Assembly: GCA_030650605.1 (NCBI GenBank)
Contig: JAUSDP010000020.1
Location: 83,282-147,281, forward strand
From: a bacterium
GTDB taxonomy: Bacteria > Patescibacteriota > Minisyncoccia > Phycocordibacterales > Zambryskibacteraceae
DNA length: 64,000 nucleotides
Direction: 5' to 3'
The notes beneath the pieces were generated by a model. It was not told the origin of the DNA. It did no database searches and saw only the letters and a program-made list of their open reading frames with translations. Positions 48,809-59,275 of the stretch are shown here, piece by piece (position 1 is the stretch's first letter; each line of letters starts with the position of its first letter). Position numbers and translations under genes: made by a program.

Positions 48809-51553
48809 ATGAGTGATTTTCGCTTTATTGAAAATGAAAGTGAACTAAAGAATCAGGACTTTGTTCTCGATGTAAGACCATGGGGAACTCGCGTCGCGGA
48901 CTCAATGACTCGACCGGAAATCCACGCGAGGTGGATGATTGGACTCGCGTTAGGAGCTGTCGTCTTCGCCCCTTTTTGGTTGCTATTCTTAATTCTCATT
49001 TTAGTGCTGCATCTTGTTTTCATTAGCACCCCGCAAATGTCGCCATTACGCTATGCGAAAGACCTTGGCGGCCGAGATCCTTCAAATATCGTTGATCCCA
49101 ATAATCCTACTTGGGGTAAGGCCAATGGAATCTGGTATGTCGGTACCGAGCGATCACTATTTCCATGGAAAGCAGGTAGAGAGTTATGGCTTTCAGATTC
49201 GGATATCGGAACCCACATGCTCACAATGGGCACAACCGGCTCTGGTAAAACACAAGCGTTACTTTCATGGAATTTCAATGCCCTTTGTTGGGGATCAGGA
49301 TTCTCATATACAGATGGGAAAGCCGACAACGAATTGATTATCAAGATTTGGACGATGTTACGACGCTTCGGTCGTGAGGATGATTTCCTGATCATCAATT
49401 ATCTTACCGGTGGAGCAGATCCGTTTTCGGATAAAAGCGTGAAAAGAAAACGTCGATCAAATAAGGCGAATATGTTTGCCGATGCACCAATGGATTTTTT
49501 GTCAGAGTTATTGACCTCGATGCTCGCAAAAGCCGAAGGCGATGGTGCCACCTGGCAGGCCAAGGCGATCAATATGATGAAGGCCGTCGTCCGTGTCTGT
49601 TGTTACCTACGCGCTGAAGGAAAAATTGAGGTGTCTGTTCAAACCTTGCGTGATCATATGCAACTTGGGAAGCTCGAAGAATTATACGTCAAGGGTGAAA
49701 AAGGATTAATTCCGGAAACAGCATTTTCGGCGATTCGATCTTATCTTCTAACAGGTATCTCTTGGTCTCCAGATAAGTACAAAGCGGGAAAGCCGCAAGC
49801 AAACGAAGTCCAAACACAACACGGATATTTAACCAATCAATTTCTGGCGCCTTTGTCAATGCTGGCTGATACCTATGGCCATATATTTGCCGATCCATTT
49901 CCTGAGGTTGATATGGGAGATGTGATGTTACGCCGCCGCATTCTGGTTAACGCCATACCTACCTTAGAAAAATCTCCGCAGGAAGCTGCAAACCTTGGAA
50001 AACTAATCGTCGGCGCAATGAAACTGATGATGGGTAAAAATCTTGGTTCTGAGGTGGAGGGAACGTATCGATCAACAATAAAAAATAAAGCAACAAATGC
50101 TCGATCACGTTATCCCATTACTTTGGATGAGTTGGGATATTACTTTGCGCCAGGTCTCGATCTAATTTTTGCACAAGCCCGATCATTGAAATTTTCAATG
50201 TGTGCTGCCGGTCAGGATTTTGCGGCTATGAAAAAGGAAGGCGGCGAAGAAGTGATTTCGATGATTGGTAATTCAAAAGTCAAATTTGCATTGGCATTAG
50301 AGGATCCTACTGAGACATTTGAGATTTATGAAAAAGCGGCGGGGCAAGCAAAAGTCGCCCAAAGTTCAGGAAGTGAAATGATCGCCGGCTCTAGCAATTG
50401 GAGCCGCCTTTTAACAAGTTCTTTGCAGGACGTAGCTCGAATTACTTTCCGTGAATTGAAGCAACTGATATCCGGGCAAGGGATCATTATTTTTCTTGAT
50501 AAAGTTGTCCGTTTCAATGCTTTCTATATTTTCTCGGATGACGATAAAAAAGGATGGATATGCCCTGCTGTACTGGATAAACACGGCATTGAATTCAAAG
50601 TTAATCGCTTTCTTCAAGTGTATAAAACTGATTTTCCGGACATGGTCGGAAAATGCAAACCTCTTGATGGAGCAAAAACTGATAAGTCCGCACAGGTGTT
50701 GCAAGTGATCTATTCGAATACGCAACCGATCTATGCGCTCGAACAGGATGCAATGATCGAGTCAATTAAAGCGGCGGCGGCGGCAATCCCCATAAAGGTG
50801 GGACCTGTCGAAAGAGGCATTGCGCTGTTTACCGCTGCAGCTGAGATTATTGAGAGAGAAGACGAACTGGCCTTGGGTCGTGCTGGTGGATCCTCGGGCG
50901 GCGGGGGACTTGGAGTGAGGCCATCAACTCCGACACCAACAGGAAACGAATCCTTAATGCCGGCGGGAGCACCGCCAGTTGTGACAAGCATTGATGAACT
51001 GTCGGCAGCTCATATCGAATCCGATGACGATATTGATCCCTTTGAGCTCATGATGGGAGAGGCTTCACCGGTGGTCGAAGTTGTTCGAACTAAAGCGATT
51101 TCAGAAAAAAGTGAAGCTGTTGTCGAAGAAGTGAATGACAGTTGGTTAAACGATACCGTCAATACCATTGTCGCAAAAACGTTAGCCGCCACTACAGCAA
51201 TTCCTAACGAACTCCATGATTCAAGCGTAACTAGTTTAGATGTTGATTCATTCATATCCGAGGCGTTCCTCCCTCCTCCATTGCCGGACATGTCTGAGGA
51301 AATCGGTATGCCACCGCCCGACCAACGCACCGAAATGAGTGAAATCGTGTTTGATATGACACAGGAAGTTAAAGAGTCAGTTAAAGCGATCGAGGCGTTG
51401 ACTGGCCAAAGAGATTCAGATTCTAGTGCAAACACTGTTGAGAAAATATTGAGTCAGACAATTAATGAATTAATTAGTAAGGAAAGCGCGAGCATTGAAA
51501 GCATAGAAATGGCATTTGCCAATCTGGAAGAAAACCTTGAAGGAAGACATTAA
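48809..51553 (+). CDS. trbC: TrbC/DotL(IcmO) type IV coupling protein
   Basis: HMLTMGTTGSGKT, DGKAD, QHGY, LDELGYY, AQARSL; acidic tail. Confidence 0.93.
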   Translation: MSDFRFIENESELKNQDFVLDVRPWGTRVADSMTRPEIHARWMIGLALGAVVFAPFWLLFLILILVLHLVFISTPQMSPLRYAKDLGGRDPSNIVDPNNPTWGKANGIWYVGTERSLFPWKAGRELWLSDSDIGTHMLTMGTTGSGKTQALLSWNFNALCWGSGFSYTDGKADNELIIKIWTMLRRFGREDDFLIINYLTGGADPFSDKSVKRKRRSNKANMFADAPMDFLSELLTSMLAKAEGDGATWQAKAINMMKAVVRVCCYLRAEGKIEVSVQTLRDHMQLGKLEELYVKGEKGLIPETAFSAIRSYLLTGISWSPDKYKAGKPQANEVQTQHGYLTNQFLAPLSMLADTYGHIFADPFPEVDMGDVMLRRRILVNAIPTLEKSPQEAANLGKLIVGAMKLMMGKNLGSEVEGTYRSTIKNKATNARSRYPITLDELGYYFAPGLDLIFAQARSLKFSMCAAGQDFAAMKKEGGEEVISMIGNSKVKFALALEDPTETFEIYEKAAGQAKVAQSSGSEMIAGSSNWSRLLTSSLQDVARITFRELKQLISGQGIIIFLDKVVRFNAFYIFSDDDKKGWICPAVLDKHGIEFKVNRFLQVYKTDFPDMVGKCKPLDGAKTDKSAQVLQVIYSNTQPIYALEQDAMIESIKAAAAAIPIKVGPVERGIALFTAAAEIIEREDELALGRAGGSSGGGGLGVRPSTPTPTGNESLMPAGAPPVVTSIDELSAAHIESDDDIDPFELMMGEASPVVEVVRTKAISEKSEAVVEEVNDSWLNDTVNTIVAKTLAATTAIPNELHDSSVTSLDVDSFISEAFLPPPLPDMSEEIGMPPPDQRTEMSEIVFDMTQEVKESVKAIEALTGQRDSDSSANTVEKILSQTINELISKESASIESIEMAFANLEENLEGRH

Positions 51554-52089
51554 TGCTAAGCCGGCGCGATTTTGTGAAAGGTCTTGCTTTGGGTGTTGCA
51601 GCAGTCACTAGCGGAACTGCTTTTTCACAACAAACAGTGCTAACCCCTTACGCGCTAGATATGCAGAGAAGAGGCGAGCGATTCTTGCTCGATTTACGTA
51701 CAACCGATGGACTCAAGGCGGCTGCGTGGTTACTCAGAGACATCCAGGCCGGCAACGTAATTGGACGACCAAATACGGACACGCTACGTCTTGCAGCTTG
51801 GGCGCAGGCGGCGCTTGCGGCACAAGGGGCACATTCAGTATTTGATATTCACTCGGGTCTGCGCACGCTATCAACTAACCTCAAAACTGAGGGGCATCAT
51901 CAGAATTCGAGACATTTACCTAATCTAGCCATGGTTTTTTCTGCTATCGATTTGAATCCGATCGGGATTAACAAGGAATATTTCGGAAACCTGATTGCAC
52001 AGCCAAAATTTGGTGGTGTTGGTTGGTATTCAACACATATTCATTTCGATGTGCGCGAGCGGCCTACCTATTGGCGTAAAGGAGTGTGA
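51553..52089 (+). CDS. Tat-exported YcbK/peptidase M15-like protein
   Basis: SRRDFVK Tat motif; SG.R...N, S.H, AID, GGVGWY..HIHFD. Confidence 0.85.
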   Translation: MLSRRDFVKGLALGVAAVTSGTAFSQQTVLTPYALDMQRRGERFLLDLRTTDGLKAAAWLLRDIQAGNVIGRPNTDTLRLAAWAQAALAAQGAHSVFDIHSGLRTLSTNLKTEGHHQNSRHLPNLAMVFSAIDLNPIGINKEYFGNLIAQPKFGGVGWYSTHIHFDVRERPTYWRKGV

Positions 52090-52171
52090 TGTGGTCATAG
52101 GAAGTCTGTCAATCCAAAAGGCTAAATAGCAATAACGATCGATTTATTAAATACGGAAATGGAGCATTACC

Positions 52172-53350
52172 ATGGGAATCAATATTAAAGCTGATGAAGT
52201 GATGGCGGGGTCTGAAGCATTAGCTATTCATTCGAAAGAGCAAAGCAAAAAAAATATTTCAGCTTTCGTGTCCGTCGAAAATATAAGCCCAACTAAGGCT
52301 AAAGAGATGTTGGATAGAAATAGCATTTCTGAAAAAGTGTTGAATTCGTTACCTCCAGGCCCTCTTGCTTTGGGGCATTTTGATATGAGTGGTTTGGAAG
52401 CTCAAATTACAGAAAGAATTCGAGTTTCGAACGACGAAACTTATGAATCCGTCATAAAGAAAATAATGGCTTCTATTATGAAGATGCTGAAGATTGTTCG
52501 AAATTTTCTTTTTGGTTCTGAAACAGGACTACACCAACTTAACGATGAGGAGTTTATTGGCAATAAGGAAAATGTAGACACGTTTGCCGACAAACTCAAC
52601 GAGTTGGTTGCGGGATTGGTGAGTCCATACGAGATCAACCACCTTACTGAATTAAATGATCCACAAAGCATGCTGGTTTCATTCCAATCCAATGTCCATG
52701 CAAAAGTGTCTTCGTTTGTAGTCGCCAATTCACACATGAAAGTCGTCTCCGAAATCTTCAATAAAAGATGGATGCCCATAGTGAATGAGATGGGTTTAAA
52801 TAAAGACATGTCACTTGGACAAATAACCGAGTTTCTAAAAAACATTAGCCCGGAACATCTGAATAAGCTTGATTCAGATGGAGAGTTGAGAGCCTGCCTT
52901 CGGCATTTGCCACAAATTGAGAGAAATCTTAAATCTCATTTAGAAAGTTTGGCTGTCACCATTGCTGCTTATGCGCAACATGATGAGAAGACAATTAATG
53001 CTAAAGTTGTCGAAAATACACTTATAAAGTCTGGTTTATCTATTCGTGATGTTGCCAATAGTGCAAATCAATTGAGAAGTAATGTCGCGGTTGATGTTTT
53101 ACGTGCGGCCGCAGAGGCTTTGCAAGAAAAAGACGCTGTCTCGTACGACGCCAGTGGAATGGATGCAATGCTGCGCTCGGTGATACCTCCAGCTGTTGAA
53201 AAATCAGCAGAACCTTCGGACTCTACAAAAGGGAAAAAAGAAGCGGAACTAATGGAGGCAGAATTGGATAACATTGCTAACCGCCGTCATAGAAACGAAG
53301 TTTCAAGCAAAACTGATGAGGACAGTAGTTTTTCTGTCCAACCTGCATAA
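52172..53350 (+). CDS. hypothetical protein
   Basis: 392-aa ORF, GGAG RBS. Confidence 0.75.
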   Translation: MGINIKADEVMAGSEALAIHSKEQSKKNISAFVSVENISPTKAKEMLDRNSISEKVLNSLPPGPLALGHFDMSGLEAQITERIRVSNDETYESVIKKIMASIMKMLKIVRNFLFGSETGLHQLNDEEFIGNKENVDTFADKLNELVAGLVSPYEINHLTELNDPQSMLVSFQSNVHAKVSSFVVANSHMKVVSEIFNKRWMPIVNEMGLNKDMSLGQITEFLKNISPEHLNKLDSDGELRACLRHLPQIERNLKSHLESLAVTIAAYAQHDEKTINAKVVENTLIKSGLSIRDVANSANQLRSNVAVDVLRAAAEALQEKDAVSYDASGMDAMLRSVIPPAVEKSAEPSDSTKGKKEAELMEAELDNIANRRHRNEVSSKTDEDSSFSVQPA

Positions 53351-53517
53351 CTGTTTTTGATCAATTTCGAATCAATAATAAATAACTAATTTCTGCATTT
53401 TTGTAAAGTTATAACTTTTTAGTTTAATGGCTACTATATCGATACATTTTCTTACGATTTCATGAGAAAAAGTAATGTATCATTCAATTTAATTCAGTAG
53501 AGTGCCCACAAGATCAA

Positions 53518-54132
53518 ATGAAAACAAAATCACCAGAATTTACACACGGCGCGCGCGTTGATGCAATCAGCGGTGCCGAGGTTGAAGAGTTCAAAGCAAG
53601 CCACGGATTAACCGTAGCTGAGGCTTGCTCAATCTTAGGTATTTCGACGCCTCAAAAATATGCAGTAACTGTACGAAAACCAGCCGAGGACATGAACTTT
53701 GCATTGGCATTATTAATGCGGTTTTACTCTCTTAAGCCTGATATGGTGCCAAAAGCGCATCCAATGGAGCTAGCAGATGCATATGAAATGTTTAAAAAAA
53801 TCATAGGTCCAAAATTTGACGAATCAATTTTTGGACAATTGTTTGGGCGAACTCCTGGATCAGGTTATCGTTGGTTGCGCAGCAAAAATAGTCGAGCGAC
53901 GCCACAAGTAACTAGGTTACTCGATCGTCTTTCTGCGCTTCGGCAGATGGGGATGTCGGACGAAGAGGTAGTTTCCTTTTGGTTGTCTTTCGTCAGACAG
54001 GAATACCAGGCTAAAGGGAGAATTTTTCTTCTTGATAGAGAGAAGAAAGTAAAAGTCGCGAAAGAAACGGTAAAAATTCACCGAACAAAAGCCATACCGA
54101 CTTCGAAGAAGAAAGAGGGGAAAAATGACTGA
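53518..54132 (+). CDS. putative double-HTH DNA-binding protein
   Basis: GLTVAEACSILGI and FGQLFGRTPGSGYRW; basic tail. Confidence 0.6.
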   Translation: MKTKSPEFTHGARVDAISGAEVEEFKASHGLTVAEACSILGISTPQKYAVTVRKPAEDMNFALALLMRFYSLKPDMVPKAHPMELADAYEMFKKIIGPKFDESIFGQLFGRTPGSGYRWLRSKNSRATPQVTRLLDRLSALRQMGMSDEEVVSFWLSFVRQEYQAKGRIFLLDREKKVKVAKETVKIHRTKAIPTSKKKEGKND

Positions 54133-54769
54133 TATTCCGTTGAAACGAAAGGCAAAGGGGCTCATTGAGGTAACTTCCTTCGCATTTTTGAGTAGTCCGC
54201 CAAAAAATGGAGTGATGAAACTCTCTGATTGCAAAATGCCGCTTAAGCACCCAGTTCCTGGCTGTTTTTCCGCATTACATGGGCACCGAAATAAGCTTGA
54301 TGCAATGCAGATAGCGCGAGAATATGCGAACGAGAAGAAACTCATCCTGATTGCAGTAAATTTATATCTTCAAGTTGAACATCCTATTGTGCCTGGGGTT
54401 ACCTTTCCTGAAACTATTAAGGATAGGTCATTTATTTCCATGGCACGTATTTCCCGTACATTGGCAATCGAGGTTGCTGATCATTGGAAAAAGCGCATGG
54501 TTGAAGACTTTGGCTATTCAAAAGATGCAATTGAGTTGTTGTATGATTGGACTCGGCCAGAGGATTTTATTTCGAACTGTCCGCAGTATATCGCTGAATT
54601 GCTGGAAGAATGGAAGACATCAGTGATTGCTCATCACTCAAAGTTTTCTTTTTCCGATCGGGAAATTTCCGTGGCCACGTTCAAGCCAACGCAGTCATTA
54701 TTGACAGCAATTGAAGTCGATCCGGGATCAACGAAATACGTTCAAAAAATTGTAAATGATTTGTTTTAG
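54125..54769 (+). CDS. hypothetical protein
   Basis: 214 aa, overlaps the HTH gene by 8 bp. Confidence 0.7.
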   Translation: MTDIPLKRKAKGLIEVTSFAFLSSPPKNGVMKLSDCKMPLKHPVPGCFSALHGHRNKLDAMQIAREYANEKKLILIAVNLYLQVEHPIVPGVTFPETIKDRSFISMARISRTLAIEVADHWKKRMVEDFGYSKDAIELLYDWTRPEDFISNCPQYIAELLEEWKTSVIAHHSKFSFSDREISVATFKPTQSLLTAIEVDPGSTKYVQKIVNDLF

Positions 54770-54784
54770 AGTTCGATAAAATAG

Positions 54785-54813
54785 AAAAATGCCCTTAACT
54801 GGGCATTTTTTTT
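54785..54813. terminator. bidirectional terminator
   Basis: AAAAATGCCC-ttaact-GGGCATTTTTTTT. Confidence 0.8.
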
Positions 54814-54845
54814 GCAGGAGTCAAATGTACAATCCGTGACTTACT

Positions 54846-55334
54846 TTACATTCCAAAATGGATATCGTTCGAGATATCCTTATCTGATTCAAATTCACCA
54901 CATTCGAACTTATAACCCGCCCTCGCCTTCAGTTCGATTAACAGATTCAAACCTGTTTCAGTTTCACTATCAATGACTGGAAACTTCCCAAAACCTGCAC
55001 CGAACTCAGCAGCCAGTAGGTGATTAATCGCGTCACTCTCGACGGATACCACCAAAGTCCAAGGCACCGAGTCCTGATCATATTCAGGTTGATAGGCAAT
55101 AACATTTCCAGAGACTTCAAATATTTGGTCATGAATCAATTTGAAGCCTAAATATATGCTTTTATCATCCGGCTTCCTTTCCAACTCAAACCATTCACCC
55201 CAGGAATCCACTCGCTTTACCAACTTAAAGTGAGCTAATTCTGATCCCGTTACACGCGATAACGAACCACCGGCACCAGGTGCGCAAAAAATAAGTTCGT
55301 TCCAGTCCTTCGATACGTTGAGCATATTTTCCAT
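54846..55334 (-). CDS. hypothetical protein
   Basis: Start moved to MENML because the longer ORF overlaps a terminator. Confidence 0.65.
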   Translation of the reverse strand: MENMLNVSKDWNELIFCAPGAGGSLSRVTGSELAHFKLVKRVDSWGEWFELERKPDDKSIYLGFKLIHDQIFEVSGNVIAYQPEYDQDSVPWTLVVSVESDAINHLLAAEFGAGFGKFPVIDSETETGLNLLIELKARAGYKFECGEFESDKDISNDIHFGM

Positions 55335-55388
55335 TCCTTGATTTCCTTGTGAATTGTCAAAAATAGCGGAGTTATCTACACTCAAATT

Positions 55389-55414
55389 AAAAAATGCCCA
55401 CTGCGGGCATTTTT
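55389..55414 (-). terminator. terminator after the histidine phosphatase
   Basis: AAAAAATGCCC-actgc-GGGCATTTTTT. Confidence 0.8.
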
Positions 55415-55428
55415 TAATCAATTATTTT

Positions 55429-56079
55429 TTATAGAGCAGAAGATTTTCTTATATCGTCGTAATTACTAAAATCACGCGGCGTGATACGCCAGATCAATTT
55501 TGCTTCTCGATAGATCAGTATTTCTCCCTCGGCTGGGTCATACACCTTTAAGGCAGCCTGGATATTAGGTTTATGAGTAACAATTATCATGTCCTTCCCT
55601 ACCGCAGGAATCGTCGCAACAAGCTTTTGCAATGCTACATCGCGTCTTAGACTTTCGTTCGGACTAAATGCCATTCCTGATTCAGAAATGTCATCCGTAC
55701 TTTTGACTGGTCCGAATCCTAAATACTCGCCAGTTTCAATGGCACGGCAATAGCGGCTTGTAATCACCTGACCATCTACTTGCATGCCAGCGCGATGTAA
55801 TTGTTTTCCGATCCCTGAGGCCGCCAACCGACCGCGATCGGTAAGTAGGCGCTGATTACCACACTGTTCAAGATGATAGGGATCCGTATCTGCATCATTT
55901 GGGTCCGTGGCACCGTGACGCATAACAACAACGTATCCTCCATTCTTCAGACCTGCCATTGCTGCTGCGACCTTCTCGGCAGAGGCATGTGTAGAGTCGT
56001 TTGATGTGGCGGATACTGATGCAATGTTTTGGCACGCTGTGAGAAGCAGCGCAATTAATAGTGGGGCAAATTTTTTCAT
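55429..56079 (-). CDS. histidine phosphatase family lipoprotein
   Basis: Lipobox LTAC; VMRHG, RAIETG, IVTH. Confidence 0.88.
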   Translation of the reverse strand: MKKFAPLLIALLLTACQNIASVSATSNDSTHASAEKVAAAMAGLKNGGYVVVMRHGATDPNDADTDPYHLEQCGNQRLLTDRGRLAASGIGKQLHRAGMQVDGQVITSRYCRAIETGEYLGFGPVKSTDDISESGMAFSPNESLRRDVALQKLVATIPAVGKDMIIVTHKPNIQAALKVYDPAEGEILIYREAKLIWRITPRDFSNYDDIRKSSAL

Positions 56080-56123
56080 GGGAGGTCTTCCATTAGTAGG
56101 TTGAAATCAGTTTTTTATTTGTT

Positions 56124-57011
56124 TTATGTGCGATGCAAATACGTATGTACTTGTTTGTACTCCTCCACAGTTGCAGGAACTAGTTCATCAAATTTAAGTT
56201 TTTTCAGTAATTCCCTTCCTTCAGTTGACTTGTTTAACGCAAGCAATGATTCTTGCATTGCGGCCACATCTCTTTCGGACAAATTTGAATTAGCTGCCAA
56301 TAACCAGCCTGGCATCGCTCTTAACTCTTTGAAGTTTCCCCTCTTCTTCTCCTTCCAAGTCTTTAGGACTCCAGGATTGACCACGCCAAATTGATACCAA
56401 GTATCATTGACGGTTTCGGCGATCGCGTCTTGGAATTTAATGTGTCGTACGACGACCTTTTTAGTCTCGGTAGTTGGTAAAGCGGCGGTCAGTGGAAGTT
56501 CAATGATGTCACTTGCTTTTATGCCTATATCGTTAAGATAGGCATACATGAGCGCGGAGGTGAAAGTATGTTTCGGCGGTAATAGGATATCTTTTCCATA
56601 CAAATCTTTGCTGTCAGTAAATGTCATTTTTGGTGCAAAGATGATACCAGCGACATAGTCTCTTTTTGTTTTTACAATTGGGCGTACTTTCCCATCAGAG
56701 ATTTGGGCTGCACCCCTATCGATAGATTTATAGAGGGTGTAGGAGCATCCACCTTTATCCTCTTCCACCTTGAATGTCGAGATATCAACATAAGCGGCAA
56801 CACTAATTGTTTGACCATTAGCCAAATTCATTGCTTTAGCCAATGGTTCATATTCCAGGTTCAATTCTGAAACCGATTTTGAAGTTCCACCTTCATTAAT
56901 GCAAAAGATAATATTTTTCGCATTCGCATTCGCATTAGTAAATGCAATTGAACAGAAAGTTGCCATACAAATCGCTGTGACTCTTTTCTTTAACTGAGAT
57001 GCAATGAACAT
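56124..57011 (-). CDS. PhnD-like substrate-binding protein
   Basis: Signal peptide; YEPLAKAM, DLYGK, LL.L...EGRELLKKL. Confidence 0.7.
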   Translation of the reverse strand: MFIASQLKKRVTAICMATFCSIAFTNANANAKNIIFCINEGGTSKSVSELNLEYEPLAKAMNLANGQTISVAAYVDISTFKVEEDKGGCSYTLYKSIDRGAAQISDGKVRPIVKTKRDYVAGIIFAPKMTFTDSKDLYGKDILLPPKHTFTSALMYAYLNDIGIKASDIIELPLTAALPTTETKKVVVRHIKFQDAIAETVNDTWYQFGVVNPGVLKTWKEKKRGNFKELRAMPGWLLAANSNLSERDVAAMQESLLALNKSTEGRELLKKLKFDELVPATVEEYKQVHTYLHRT

Positions 57012-57076
57012 ATAATTTCCTTTTTGGTTGCAAACGCAAACGGCGCTACTTCTTTTGATGTTGCGGTTGAAGAGAT

Positions 57077-58198
57077 TTATTTACCCGTGTATGTATTGTC
57101 GTTGGATGCCCTCATCGCATCTTCGGCTGAGATTTTTCCATCTTTGAATAAGCGCTGTACGTCCTCGTTTAGCGTGTGGCACTTTTCCTTCGACATTTTT
57201 GCCATTAGGGGGCGAATACTGTTGAAGTCGCGGTCACTGATGAGCTTGGCGACTTCTGAGGTGCTAGTTAGGCATTCGCTTGCGAGGTAATGAAGTTCAC
57301 CATGTATTGATGGGATCAACGCCTGGCACACCACCCCTTTAATGGTGTTGGCCATCGCTTGTGCTTGAGCTGGTGACCCGCCCAGAAGACGCAGTAATTT
57401 AAACAGTCCGAGCTCAATTGACTTTGCGTGAAGTGATGCAAATACGAGTGGCCCCGATTCAGCCAGAGCGACCGCTTCCCGCGCACATTCTTCGTCTCTG
57501 ATTTCGCCAATGACGATGACATCCGGTCTTTCGCGAAGAGCGTCTAATGCACCCAGGTAGAAGCTTTCAACGTCACCAGTGGGACCTACTTCACGCTGAG
57601 TAATGATGCATTTCCGCTGGGGGACAATAAGTTCGATAGGATCTTCAATCATGACAATATGACCGGGTCGAGTTTTATTGATTTCGTCGACCATTGACGA
57701 AATGGTTGTGGATTTGCCCTGGCAAGTGTCGCCAATGATGAGGACTAGACCTTGAGTCAATTTTGTAAACGCAAGAGCGTTCTGTCTTAATCCCAGTGTT
57801 TCTATCGCTGGCGGTTCCCCTGGAAAACGACGAATAACAGCGCCGTATTTGCTGCGACCATGATAGGTAAAGCAGTTGCATCGGATTCTTGTGTTCGTCA
57901 AATTGATGGCCTTGTCAAAGGCTCTTAACTTGATTTTTTCTTTCCAATCAACATCAAGTGAACCAAAGAATTCTTCGAGGTCGCCCGACGTCACGGGAAC
58001 GTCAGAAACAGAAATGACTTCCCTCGGAAGTTTTACTAGCAATGGGCTATCTTGCTGAATGAAAATATCACTGAAATTTAGGTCCAACTCCATAAGCCTT
58101 AGCACCTGATGCATGATCGACGTCGGCTCATCGAAATCACTGTTGATGTTGATTTTTTGTTGCTTATTACTAATGTTTTCTTTCGACATATCTATCAA
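57077..58198 (-). CDS. pilT: PilT/PilU-family ATPase
   Basis: GDTCQGKSTT, IEDPIE, QREVG, ALRERPDVIVIGEIRD. Confidence 0.88.
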   Translation of the reverse strand: MIDMSKENISNKQQKININSDFDEPTSIMHQVLRLMELDLNFSDIFIQQDSPLLVKLPREVISVSDVPVTSGDLEEFFGSLDVDWKEKIKLRAFDKAINLTNTRIRCNCFTYHGRSKYGAVIRRFPGEPPAIETLGLRQNALAFTKLTQGLVLIIGDTCQGKSTTISSMVDEINKTRPGHIVMIEDPIELIVPQRKCIITQREVGPTGDVESFYLGALDALRERPDVIVIGEIRDEECAREAVALAESGPLVFASLHAKSIELGLFKLLRLLGGSPAQAQAMANTIKGVVCQALIPSIHGELHYLASECLTSTSEVAKLISDRDFNSIRPLMAKMSKEKCHTLNEDVQRLFKDGKISAEDAMRASNDNTYTGK

Positions 58199-58342
58199 TC
58201 TTTAGTTAGTGAGATGATCAATTTTTCGGTTAAACACGGTGTTTGTTTTTTCGTAGATAGGATAATATACGGATAGAAGAAACGGCGCAAGATTTTGCGT
58301 TGTTGCTAAGTTCAAGATAGCTATTTAGTGAATTTGTTAAAA

Positions 58343-58371
58343 TTTGACACGGTCAAATAATAATGTATGGT
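58343..58371 (+). promoter_or_regulatory. conserved promoter/operator (copy 3)
   Basis: TTTGAC-ACG-GTCAAA perfect inverted repeat, followed by TAATAATGTATGGT. Confidence 0.65.
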
Positions 58372-58411
58372 GAGTGTTGATCTTGTCAGCAACCACATTT
58401 AGGAGAAGAAA

Positions 58412-59275
58412 ATGACTCATCAGCCACAGGAAAAGCAAATTGGATGGCGTGAATTTGAACGAAGTAACGATGATGTAGTTAAGGCGGAAAATTTTAAGAT
58501 CAGTATTGAAAAAATCTTTGTGCGTTTGGGTTTCAATAAACGTGATCTTGCTAAACCTGAAACTGTAGAGAAAATCAATCGCATTAAGGAGTCGTACAAA
58601 GCCGGACGTTACGTGCGGCCAATTGAAGTGGCACTTGATCGCAATGACGGTGTTTCTATTGTTGATGGAGAATGCCGCTTTACGGCGTTGAAGTTGGCTA
58701 ACACTGAGCTGATCGCGGAAGGGAAAGCACCGATTGAAATGATGCTATGCATTCCATTTAAAGGGAATGACGTTGATCAGCTTATCCACATGGTAGTTGC
58801 TGAAGTGGTTAAGAAGCTTCTGAACCAACACTGGAGTGTTGAGAAGATCTGTAGTGGTCTAGGTTATAGTCGGCCTTGGGTGGAAAAGCTTGATTTCTTG
58901 TCTAATGTGCCGGAAGCGGTAAAGCGCATGATTCGCGCAGATCAAATTTCTGTGGATGTGGCCGTGTCCAAAGTGAAGCAACTTGGTGGCGAAAAGGCAA
59001 TCGCTGCACTACAGACGCTAATTGATACGGTGTCCAATAAATCTGACGGCACAAAGATGAAGATTACGGCAAAGTCGACTGATGCGATGCCAAAGATTGG
59101 CAAAAAAATTGCTGCTAAAATACATGCTGTTGTAAAAACATTACCTGTTTTCGAAACTCCTGCTGACGAGTTTCAAGATGATGCTGAATATTCATTAAAA
59201 CTTTCAGGTGCGGCCATCAAGGCTCTTATGGAAATGCAATCGCAATTGCAACCAAAAAAGATTGACACAAATTAA
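58412..59275 (+). CDS. orphan ParB/Srx-like protein
   Basis: GFN.R, IVDGECR, HTH-like W...I...LG.S..WV. Confidence 0.8.
   Translation: MTHQPQEKQIGWREFERSNDDVVKAENFKISIEKIFVRLGFNKRDLAKPETVEKINRIKESYKAGRYVRPIEVALDRNDGVSIVDGECRFTALKLANTELIAEGKAPIEMMLCIPFKGNDVDQLIHMVVAEVVKKLLNQHWSVEKICSGLGYSRPWVEKLDFLSNVPEAVKRMIRADQISVDVAVSKVKQLGGEKAIAALQTLIDTVSNKSDGTKMKITAKSTDAMPKIGKKIAAKIHAVVKTLPVFETPADEFQDDAEYSLKLSGAAIKALMEMQSQLQPKKIDTN

Noticed and set aside
1-51553. Legionella-type effector secretion system
   Set aside because: Thin pilus, plasmid replicons and lack of recognisable effectors or IcmS/W point to conjugation
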